In this document: positions 44,943-53,629 of the stretch, one piece after another | How the letters are laid out: each line of letters begins with the position of its first letter | Position numbering within the stretch: position 1 is the stretch's first letter | Source: a virus | DNA: 64,000 nucleotides | IMG/VR virus record: IMGVR_UViG_3300048066_000291 | Coordinates: 1 to 64,000 of that record | Reading direction: 5' to 3' (one strand) | Program-made: the position numbers and the translations under genes | Notes under the pieces: generated by a model | Seen by the model: the letters and a program-made list of their open reading frames with translations, nothing else | Told to the model about the DNA's origin: nothing | The model's database searches: none

Positions 44943-44971
44943 ATTTTATGATACTTTGATTAAATTGTCAA
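44943..44971 (-). promoter_or_regulatory. sigma70-type promoter, leaderless spacing
   Basis: TTGACA-17nt-TAAAAT-6nt-ATG. Confidence 0.7.
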
Positions 44972-45188
44972 GAGAATTATCGCCATCTTGTTGATTATCT
45001 CTTTGACGTTGTGCATCGATACGATGCCGGGTTTGAATTTGTTCTCTATAAATGTCTATTATAACTGATATTTGAGATTGAACACTAGGATTGTTTGTTA
45101 GAAAGTACTTACGTTGGAGTTCAATAACTTTATCTTCCAACTCATTAATAGATAGATTATCTAAATTATCAACGTAAGGATGTAACAT
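44946..45188 (-). CDS. hypothetical protein
   Basis: 80 aa helical ORF. Confidence 0.7.
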   Translation of the reverse strand: MLHPYVDNLDNLSINELEDKVIELQRKYFLTNNPSVQSQISVIIDIYREQIQTRHRIDAQRQRDNQQDGDNSLDNLIKVS

Positions 45189-45784
45189 TATGCAGAAAAT
45201 TGTCCTTTATAATCTGCGTATACTGTTGTGCCTTGATTATAAGACCAAAACTCAATAATATAAGGATCTGTACTACTGTCTACACTAAGTGTTGCAGCGC
45301 CACTGCCGCCAGTTCTTGGATAGCCTGGTCCATACTTAATTGTTCCGCCGGCTGCTACTGAAAATGACACATTAACAGGACTATCATTGCCAAATAACTG
45401 TACAGTAATTTTTGATAGGTTATCTCTAGCTGGCCAATCTGCAAGTGCAAAATTAATAGTAGTAGTACCTTCAGGTAAGTTAAGAGAAGCAGTTTGATAC
45501 CTACCATTTAGCAAGCTAATATTTTGTCCTGATATAACAGTTCCGATACCATGATATTGATCAGTTGCTAAATTAAAGTTTGCATCATTAATATTAGTGC
45601 CGTTAAAATCATTACCGGCATTAAGTTTTGCAGTACTATTTTGCAGTGTGGTTATTTCTCCGGCTGCTGTAGATAATCCTGATTTAATGATAGTAAAGTT
45701 ATCACGGAAGCCTTGAGTGTCGTTATCAACTCCTGCTACCGGATATGCTCCGTCAATTGTGTCGCTTACAATGTTACTGGCCAT
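45188..45784 (-). CDS. virion structural protein (baseplate/tail associated)
   Basis: YPVAG.DND.QGFRDNF N-terminus then beta-rich domain; late promoter. Confidence 0.65.
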   Translation of the reverse strand: MASNIVSDTIDGAYPVAGVDNDTQGFRDNFTIIKSGLSTAAGEITTLQNSTAKLNAGNDFNGTNINDANFNLATDQYHGIGTVISGQNISLLNGRYQTASLNLPEGTTTINFALADWPARDNLSKITVQLFGNDSPVNVSFSVAAGGTIKYGPGYPRTGGSGAATLSVDSSTDPYIIEFWSYNQGTTVYADYKGQFSA

Positions 45785-45802
45785 GTTGTTTCCTCTTTAA
45801 TA

Positions 45803-45810
45803 TATTTATC
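45803..45810 (-). promoter_or_regulatory. late promoter GATAAATA
   Basis: Recurrent octamer. Confidence 0.75.
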
Positions 45811-45814
45811 GTTG

Positions 45815-48800
45815 TTAAACATTGAACTGGTAATTTGCGAACAGTATATAGCTTTCATTTGTACTATTTTCTGAACTCTTTATTATATATCTATCAATGT
45901 CATATGTTATTATTTTAGGATCAAAACCCGAATTATTAATATTGTTAATAATATCATCACTTTGTCCTGCTTTACAGTAAGCAATTGGAATTGCTGTAAT
46001 AAAGTCTAATTCTTGAAAGCCGTCTTGTGCTGTACGCATCCATAACGGCAAATAATTTCTTTCTTCGTCACCAATTTGTTTAATGTTTAATCTCATGTGA
46101 TCTACACTAGAAATATACTTTATTGAATCGGTACTTTGACTTACGTTAATTGCAGTATTATCTGTTTTAATTGTATTAGTGTCTGGCCTAAATCTAAACG
46201 GTTCACTATCGCCTTTTTGTAATACAACTTCAATGTCGCCACTGTCTCTAACAGTCACTTCAAAATCTGCATCATCAACATTAACATCTTGATCACCTGC
46301 TCCTCTAGTTTCAACTATTATTTCATCTGTTTCACTGAATACAAATTTAACAATTGTTCTAGTATACACAGGCAATTCAGTGTAACCTGCACCTGTGCGT
46401 GTTACATCATCTAATATTGCATATTGCATTTGATCAATAGTTAATTTTTTTGAATTCTTAGCGTTAAAACTTGCTGCTGTAACCTTTCTATCAGGAGCGT
46501 TAGCAGGATCAATAACATCTATATACACAACTTCGTATACTGTATCACCTAGTGCAGTATCCTTTGCAATAGCAGATTTAATTTCACCTAAGATATAAGT
46601 TTTTCTTTTATGATTTTTTGCTGCTGCTGCGGTAAAATGTTCAAGGTCTTTTGCTTCAGCTCCTGCAAATACAAGCATGTCTAATTTAGACTGTAACCCA
46701 AACGTAGGATCACCTGGACGGTAAATTTTGCTTGGAGTAAATATATCAGGATTACTTATAAATTCTTGGAAGTATTTACGCTGTACTTGTGGTAACATTG
46801 GACGCATATAAACATCAGTGTATCTAGTATTATTAAAATCTTCAACTGTTAAAGTAAATTCTTGTTCAATTGCAGTGTAATTAAATCGATCTCTTGCTTG
46901 AACTGTAAATTTGTAATCTCTATCAAATGATGTAATTCCGGGGTTTGCTCCATCCCATGTAATTGTTTTGTTTTCAAATATAGTTAATCCTGGCTCATCT
47001 ACAGTACCAAACTGTCTTGCAGAACCAATAATTTCACCATCATAATTAAGTACTAGTCCAAAAGGTAGTTTGCCTGACTTTAATGAATAAATCATTTTAG
47101 TATCAGGAACTGTTGTTTGTGCTTCTACTTTTAGAGTGCTAGTAAAGTTGGCATTAATACTACCTAAATCAGCAGGAGTTAACCATTTTATTTCAGAGTC
47201 AATTTCACCTATTACATTAACTTCAAATGTTTTAGCTGTACTTGGAATATCTTGTATATCGTTTGATGCAACAATAATATTTTTAAAGAATGCGTCATTT
47301 CTAAATAGTGCAATACCTATGTTACGTCCTTGTTCTATTTGTGAAGATAAATTTACATCAAATTTTACTTTATCTTCATTGTCTCTAAGAAGTTTAGCTT
47401 TTATTTCAGTGCTATCCGGACCTATAAAAAAGTTCTGTATGTTTGATTTTATTCTTGATGTAGCTGTACTCGGAATTAATAATTTCCATGTTGTGTCATT
47501 AACTACAGTAATATGTGCATCATCACCATATTCTGCTTTTAATGCTTGACTTGTAGCAGTTAATCTATCAGCTAAACTTAAACCAGCAATAGTTTCTGCA
47601 ACTTCTAACCAGTTTCCGCTTTCAAAGTCAATTTGTATAATACCGTTAACTTCAATCGAGATACCATCAATGTCAGTTTGAGGAATAGTATTGTGTGCAG
47701 TTGTACATTTGTATATTTTTCCATCGCCACCTGTTGCTGTTCCGTTAATTACATAGTCGCCTACATAATAGTTTGCACTTAATTCAATCAGTCTCGGAGC
47801 ATTTGCAGGAAGTATTGGATCATTACTTGGATTTGCTTGTGATATTTCCCATTCAATATACGGTGTAATTGTATTAATTTTGTATTGTTCGTTTTCACTA
47901 AATTTTAGTGTTCTGCCTGCATACTTTTCTTTTTCAGATTCTTTTAGTCTACTCACAAACATATAATCTGTACTTACTGTTGCAGTTCTAGATAAAATTA
48001 AACTAATACTAGGTGCAAGTGTGTCGGCCAAGTATAAAATATCATAGTCACGATTTCTATCGTCTACGTTTGTAACTTTATATTGTCTGTTTCCTAATAA
48101 TACATTTCTATTAACTAGTTCGAATAAGTCATTGACTCCGTCTAAGTTACCAGTTAAATCTATTTTATAAATTTTTACACTATTTTTACCTAACAATACA
48201 TCTTCATAAAAATTACCAACAATTGATACTGTTTCTAAGTCAGTAGTTAATCGTGTTGCTCTTACTGTAAATTTATAATTTTGTGTAATTGCAGGCTGAT
48301 AAGGTATACGTCCTGTTACTTCACCGTTCTGGCTATCAAGCGACATGCCTGGAGGGAGCTCACTTACGCTTCCGTCATCATTTACATCTTCAAGTGTATA
48401 AACTACAACACCTTCTAGTGTCCAGTTATCAATAATATCTAAGTATAACGTAGTATAGTTAGATGCTCGTTTATATCCTAAATCTCTAGGTGTAATCCAA
48501 GTTGGTGTTCTTACATTTGTTACATCAGCTGTAAATACACCTGTGCTTGACTGCATCAGCGTATTGTCTGCTTTTAAATAATCATCACCAACTAAATAAA
48601 TTTTAAATTCTCTACGCACAAAACTATCACCATCAGTTACAGTAACAGCAAATGGATAATAACGATTTAATTTACGTGGATTAGAAGTAGGCTCATTATA
48701 ACCGTAGTCAACTGTGTCATAATAAAAACTAGCATACCCGTTTGAACTTAGTGCAGCATAATCCATTGGCAATCCTGCAAACGGAGACGTATCATATCCT

Positions 48801-49327
48801 CCACCTACATAACGTTTGTCTAGACTAAGAAGGGGTTCTGTAGTTCCTGTTATCCTACCTGAATCACTCATTGTAATTCCTGGAGGTAATACTCCGTCAC
48901 CGTCTGCAATAAAGTATGTTAATTCGTCTCCTGCACTTAGATCTGTGTCAGTAGCACTTAATTGGAAATCAATTTGTTCGCTATCTAGAATAAACAGCGC
49001 ATTATTAGATCCTACATTTAATAAACCTTCGGCAGTTGCCCAAAGAGGATCATCAGGCCCGGTAACAACAAACTCGATAGTACAATCTTGCCATTCATAA
49101 TCAGTTGAAGCTCTAAGTACTACGGTAAAAGTAGTATCGTATGCAACTTCAAAAACAGTACCTGTTATATAATTACCTTCTAAACGAGTGCCAGTTGGCA
49201 ACCCTCCACTAATTAGTTCTAGCTCAATATTAGCTACAGATGAAAGTGGAAGAAGTATATTTACTGTACTGCGTTCTACTAGTACACGGTACCTAGTACC
49301 TGTTGGTATATTCCATAATTTAGCCAT
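45815..49327 (-). CDS. large structural protein with Ig-like (He_PIG-type) domains, baseplate-like
   Basis: Repeated LP.G[LIM]....G.I.G motifs; located in the structural module. Confidence 0.7.
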   Translation of the reverse strand: MAKLWNIPTGTRYRVLVERSTVNILLPLSSVANIELELISGGLPTGTRLEGNYITGTVFEVAYDTTFTVVLRASTDYEWQDCTIEFVVTGPDDPLWATAEGLLNVGSNNALFILDSEQIDFQLSATDTDLSAGDELTYFIADGDGVLPPGITMSDSGRITGTTEPLLSLDKRYVGGGYDTSPFAGLPMDYAALSSNGYASFYYDTVDYGYNEPTSNPRKLNRYYPFAVTVTDGDSFVRREFKIYLVGDDYLKADNTLMQSSTGVFTADVTNVRTPTWITPRDLGYKRASNYTTLYLDIIDNWTLEGVVVYTLEDVNDDGSVSELPPGMSLDSQNGEVTGRIPYQPAITQNYKFTVRATRLTTDLETVSIVGNFYEDVLLGKNSVKIYKIDLTGNLDGVNDLFELVNRNVLLGNRQYKVTNVDDRNRDYDILYLADTLAPSISLILSRTATVSTDYMFVSRLKESEKEKYAGRTLKFSENEQYKINTITPYIEWEISQANPSNDPILPANAPRLIELSANYYVGDYVINGTATGGDGKIYKCTTAHNTIPQTDIDGISIEVNGIIQIDFESGNWLEVAETIAGLSLADRLTATSQALKAEYGDDAHITVVNDTTWKLLIPSTATSRIKSNIQNFFIGPDSTEIKAKLLRDNEDKVKFDVNLSSQIEQGRNIGIALFRNDAFFKNIIVASNDIQDIPSTAKTFEVNVIGEIDSEIKWLTPADLGSINANFTSTLKVEAQTTVPDTKMIYSLKSGKLPFGLVLNYDGEIIGSARQFGTVDEPGLTIFENKTITWDGANPGITSFDRDYKFTVQARDRFNYTAIEQEFTLTVEDFNNTRYTDVYMRPMLPQVQRKYFQEFISNPDIFTPSKIYRPGDPTFGLQSKLDMLVFAGAEAKDLEHFTAAAAKNHKRKTYILGEIKSAIAKDTALGDTVYEVVYIDVIDPANAPDRKVTAASFNAKNSKKLTIDQMQYAILDDVTRTGAGYTELPVYTRTIVKFVFSETDEIIVETRGAGDQDVNVDDADFEVTVRDSGDIEVVLQKGDSEPFRFRPDTNTIKTDNTAINVSQSTDSIKYISSVDHMRLNIKQIGDEERNYLPLWMRTAQDGFQELDFITAIPIAYCKAGQSDDIINNINNSGFDPKIITYDIDRYIIKSSENSTNESYILFANYQFNV

Positions 49328-49350
49328 TAATTAACTTCCTTAATACTAAG

Positions 49351-49358
49351 TATTTATC
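49351..49358 (-). promoter_or_regulatory. late promoter GATAAATA inside an RBS hairpin loop
   Basis: Flanked by AACTTCC/GGAAGTT. Confidence 0.75.
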
Positions 49359-49364
49359 GGAAGT

Positions 49365-50162
49365 TTACAATGCGCCACCATCCAAAGATGTCGCTGCTGG
49401 TGCAGTTATTGTACCAAAATCAACATCAGAATTAAAAATTATAAATTCAAGTGCGTTATTTGCTATAGAGTCAAGGCCGCCGAAGTCCCCAGTTCCAGGT
49501 GCAAAGTATTGGTTATACAATGCTTCTACATCTACACCTCTAACGTTACCATACAAATTTCCTCTAACATCACCAGTATGAAATCCTACAGTAGCACCTA
49601 CATGTTCGCCTTTAAACTGTAAGGCTTCAACGTCTCCTGCTACAGTAACTTCAGATAGTCCTGATATACCAAAACCGTTTGCATCTAGATTATTACTTAA
49701 TTGAGGAGTTAGGTCACTTGCTAAATCAGACGCACCAGTATAATCAATTGTTAATGTGCCTGGAACATCTTGGCCGTTATCTACTAGTGTAGTTGTAATA
49801 TCTGCACCACCGACTACATTAAGTCCGCCTTGTGCAAAAACTGTTATTGAATTATTTCCGTCACCTAAGCTAACTGATTCAACACCAATACTAGGAACAT
49901 TTACATTTATATGATTTCCTTCTGCGTCAGCAGTTATAGTAACATTAGGACCTGGCGCTATTTTTTTAAATTGCAAATCGTAATTTAAACGTTGTACAAA
50001 TAATCCTTGACCACTATCGCCTAAGTTACTAGCAGTTGTTTTTTCATCATCACGTAAATCTAATTCTTCAAAGTTAGAATTAGCTTTGATAAATGCTTCT
50101 CTTAAATCGTCGCCAGTTCCGTCATTTGCGATATTACCAATATTGATTAATTGTATTGCCAT
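49365..50162 (-). CDS. tail/baseplate protein with T4 gp9/gp10-like N-terminus
   Basis: INIGNIANDGTGDDLREAFIKAN.NF.EL. Confidence 0.75.
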   Translation of the reverse strand: MAIQLINIGNIANDGTGDDLREAFIKANSNFEELDLRDDEKTTASNLGDSGQGLFVQRLNYDLQFKKIAPGPNVTITADAEGNHINVNVPSIGVESVSLGDGNNSITVFAQGGLNVVGGADITTTLVDNGQDVPGTLTIDYTGASDLASDLTPQLSNNLDANGFGISGLSEVTVAGDVEALQFKGEHVGATVGFHTGDVRGNLYGNVRGVDVEALYNQYFAPGTGDFGGLDSIANNALEFIIFNSDVDFGTITAPAATSLDGGAL

Positions 50163-50174
50163 TCTTTTTTCCTA

Positions 50175-53100
50175 TTATACTACGTTAATTGTGCCAACCA
50201 TTGAACCGTGGTATTGACAGATGTAATAGAATGTGCCAGTACCGCCAACTATCCATCTAACTGTACCGTTTTGTGTACCGCCATTAGTTACGCCAGTTGC
50301 TTGACTTCCTGTGCCTGTAACAGCAGCAGTCTTAATCCAAAACGGGTGTCCACTAGCATTAACATTAAAGTCAACAATATCGCCATTATTGAAGTTTAAT
50401 CCTGGGTCAGTTCCATTTACTACACCACTTCTATCAGTTCCACTTAGTGTATAATCACTTGAATTACTTGCTGTAACAGTAATTGTATAATCTGCTGCAG
50501 GTGTTGTGCTAGTATCATTAATAGTAACAGTTGTTGTAGCTTCACCATTGTCTAATGCTAATTGTAATGTTTCTGAACCTTCTGTTGTTTGGTCAGCTGT
50601 AATTGGCAATACAAGTGACGCAGTGTCACTATTAACTGTAAAGTTACCTGTTAATAAATTATCATCAATATCAGCTGGAAGTACGCCAGTAATTGTATAT
50701 GGTACAGTTGTTGAATCAGATACGTTTGTAGTTGTTAGTGTAATAGTTAACGTCTCTCCTTCATTAACAGTGTTTGCACTATTTGCCAATGCATATGTAG
50801 CAGCAGGCGCAATACTTGTATCGTTAACAATAATATCAATACTATCTTGTCCGTTATCTAATGCAAGCGTCATAGTTTCTGTGCCTTCAGTTGTAACGTC
50901 TTCAGCAAATGTAAATACCAATGTATCTGTATTTGACGTAATAGTAAAGTTGCCTGTAATACTTCCTGCTGTTAGATCGTTTGAGTCAATACCAGTAATT
51001 GTATATGGTACAGTTGTTGCATCATCTGTTGCTGTAGTAGTTAACGTAATTGAAACTGTTCCACCTTCGTTAACTGCACTAACATCACCCGACAGTGCAA
51101 AAGTTGGAGCTGCTGCTGTGCTTGTATCATTAATAGTAATGTCAATGTTATCTTGTCCATTGTTTAGTGCAATGTTTAATGTTTCTGGACCTTCTGTAGT
51201 TACATCGTTTGCTAGTGTAAGTACAAGGTTTGCAGTATTACTATTAATTGTAAAGTTACCAGTTAAACTCTCTCCACCAATATCAGCAGATGTAACACCA
51301 GTAATAGTGTAAGCTGCTGTTGTAGCATCGTCAACGTTTGTAGTTGTTAGTGTAATAGTTACACTGTCGCCTTCGTCTACTGCTGTTGCGCTTGATGATA
51401 ATGTATACGATACTGCTCCTGCTACACTTGTATCATTAATATTTACATTAACTGAGCTTTCACCGTTGTCTAGGGCAATAGTCATTGTCTCTAACCCTTC
51501 AGTTGCAGCATCTGATGTAATTGGAAGTATTAAGGTTGCAGTATTGCTAGTAACTGTAAAGTTGCCTGTTAGTGCATTGCCGCCTATGTCAGCTGTTGTA
51601 ATTCCTGTGCCACTAATTGTATAAGGTACTGTTGTATCATCAGGAACGTTTACAGTTGTTAGTGTAACAGTAAGATCTGAACCTTCGTTAATACTTGCAA
51701 CACCGCCTAAGTCAAGTGTATAACTTTGTACTGGAGTTGTGCTTGTATCGCCAATTGTTACAACTACACTTTCACTAATATTAGTTAGTGACAATGTAAA
51801 TGTTTCTACACCTTCTGTAGTTAAATCTTCTGTAACAGTAAATGTTTTAGTTGCTGTGTTATTACTAATAGTTAATAGTCCTGATAACTGCTCGTCACCA
51901 ATGTCAGCACTTGATACGCCGCTAATTGTATATGGTATAGCTGTACCAGTTGAAACATTTGTTGTTGTTAGAGTTACTGTGAACGATTCGCCTTCATCAA
52001 CTCCATTATTGTCAACTGTTAATGCATATGTTGCTGGAACAAGTTCTGTTGTTTCAGTTGTTTGACCAATAGTCATTTGCGTTGCACTATTAAATTTATT
52101 ATATGCAAATCTATTGTTACCGCCTAAAATGCTTCTTGAATCATCATAGTCATTGTCAAGGCTTGTTGTGTAAATTTTAGAAGCGCCTGCATTTGTATTA
52201 ATAAAGGACAAACCTTGTGCAGGTGTTGCGCCTGGATTAATTTGTGTATACAGAGCTAATGCACCTGCAACATTTGGCGCTGCCATTGACGTACCACTAA
52301 TATTTGTTATAAGGAAAGAACTGTTACTTGGATACGGTCCATCACCGGCACCCCATCTATTAATATTACTTGTGGTACTCATAATGTTTGTACCAGGAGC
52401 GTATACAGTAACACCTGGACCTGTTTCAGAACTACTTGCTTTTTGCTCTAATCCGTCTGGATGAATATCAGCATCGATGTTACCAACAATATGTGCTTGT
52501 GTTGAAAACGGTGAGCCGCCTCTATTATAATAGTATTCTGTAGTACCAGTTGATGTTTTAGTAAAATAGTTATCGTAATCAAGACCTCCGTCAACATCAA
52601 TTTTTTGTCTTGAATTACCAGCTGCAATAACAACGTGTACTCCGGCATCAATTAATTCTTGCACATCAACGTCAACAGAAGCAACTCTAGATACATACCT
52701 ATAACCAATTCCTGTAAATGAACCTACCATTCCGTAGTCTGGACGTCTTGCTGCTCCAGCCCAAGGTGTGCCTCGATACGAGCCACCTGAGATACCAGTA
52801 AAGTAACCACCGTATCCCCAACTCATATTAACAATAGTAGGACGCTTCTTGCCTGTTGCTGGATCAACGGGCTTATTATTGTGCCAACCCTTGATTACAT
52901 CAAAGCAGTCAGTAACACTAATCCCTGTACCGGAGTCGCCTGAACCTTCTAAGCCGCTTACTTTTACCGCATAAATTTTAGCACCTTTAGCCCAGCCATA
53001 TGTTAATCCTGCTGCAATACCTGCAACGTGTGTTCCGTGACCGTCATAATCTCTATAGTGATCGATATTTTGTGATCCTGATAATCCGCTTGCTGCATAC

Positions 53101-53597
53101 CAATCAATTTCCTGTACGCGGCTTGCACCATTATAATCATAAAAGTCTGGATGATCAACTTGTACACCACTATCTTGTATAACGATATCTACACCAGTTC
53201 CGTCTAACGTATAATCATATCCACCTGTAACATTAGGACCAGTATATGGATTTGATAACGTGTTCATTCGACGTAATCCCCAGTTGACAAAATCTCCTCT
53301 GTCAAGTGTAGTTTTTGTAAAGTCGCCTGTTTGTGTTGCAGTACGTACTAAATCAATATCATCACGCAAGTCAGGACGCAATTCAACTGCTAAAACTCTA
53401 GTATCACTACTTAGTTTTGCTGCTTCTTCGTCAGTTAACATATAGTGCGTATTACGCTGTGACAAAGGTCTTGCATTAGCAACGTCAACTGAGCGTCCAG
53501 GAATATCACCGCCTCCTGTGGAAGCAATCATTTCTTGATTGAACGCTTCGTAGTTTACACCTTTGTTTAAACTTACAATATATTCTTTTTCACTCAT
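50175..53597 (-). CDS. subtilisin (S8) serine protease with five Calx-beta/Ig-like repeats and C-terminal cupredoxin-like domain
   Basis: Catalytic triad QDSG, HGTHVAG, GTSMAAP; oxyanion AAGN; C-terminal YYICQYHGSM. Confidence 0.85.
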   Translation of the reverse strand: MSEKEYIVSLNKGVNYEAFNQEMIASTGGGDIPGRSVDVANARPLSQRNTHYMLTDEEAAKLSSDTRVLAVELRPDLRDDIDLVRTATQTGDFTKTTLDRGDFVNWGLRRMNTLSNPYTGPNVTGGYDYTLDGTGVDIVIQDSGVQVDHPDFYDYNGASRVQEIDWYAASGLSGSQNIDHYRDYDGHGTHVAGIAAGLTYGWAKGAKIYAVKVSGLEGSGDSGTGISVTDCFDVIKGWHNNKPVDPATGKKRPTIVNMSWGYGGYFTGISGGSYRGTPWAGAARRPDYGMVGSFTGIGYRYVSRVASVDVDVQELIDAGVHVVIAAGNSRQKIDVDGGLDYDNYFTKTSTGTTEYYYNRGGSPFSTQAHIVGNIDADIHPDGLEQKASSSETGPGVTVYAPGTNIMSTTSNINRWGAGDGPYPSNSSFLITNISGTSMAAPNVAGALALYTQINPGATPAQGLSFINTNAGASKIYTTSLDNDYDDSRSILGGNNRFAYNKFNSATQMTIGQTTETTELVPATYALTVDNNGVDEGESFTVTLTTTNVSTGTAIPYTISGVSSADIGDEQLSGLLTISNNTATKTFTVTEDLTTEGVETFTLSLTNISESVVVTIGDTSTTPVQSYTLDLGGVASINEGSDLTVTLTTVNVPDDTTVPYTISGTGITTADIGGNALTGNFTVTSNTATLILPITSDAATEGLETMTIALDNGESSVNVNINDTSVAGAVSYTLSSSATAVDEGDSVTITLTTTNVDDATTAAYTITGVTSADIGGESLTGNFTINSNTANLVLTLANDVTTEGPETLNIALNNGQDNIDITINDTSTAAAPTFALSGDVSAVNEGGTVSITLTTTATDDATTVPYTITGIDSNDLTAGSITGNFTITSNTDTLVFTFAEDVTTEGTETMTLALDNGQDSIDIIVNDTSIAPAATYALANSANTVNEGETLTITLTTTNVSDSTTVPYTITGVLPADIDDNLLTGNFTVNSDTASLVLPITADQTTEGSETLQLALDNGEATTTVTINDTSTTPAADYTITVTASNSSDYTLSGTDRSGVVNGTDPGLNFNNGDIVDFNVNASGHPFWIKTAAVTGTGSQATGVTNGGTQNGTVRWIVGGTGTFYYICQYHGSMVGTINVV
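50503..52034 (-). repeat. five tandem ~102-aa Thr-rich domain repeats
   Basis: Repeated [YF].L.....V[DN]EG....TLTTT.V....PYTI.G...D.TTEG.ET...LDNG...I.DTS. Confidence 0.85.
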
Positions 53598-53620
53598 TTG
53601 TCATTTCCTAATGTTTTATA

Positions 53621-53628
53621 TATTTATC
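53621..53628 (-). promoter_or_regulatory. late promoter GATAAATA
   Basis: Recurrent octamer. Confidence 0.75.
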
Positions 53629-53629
53629 G

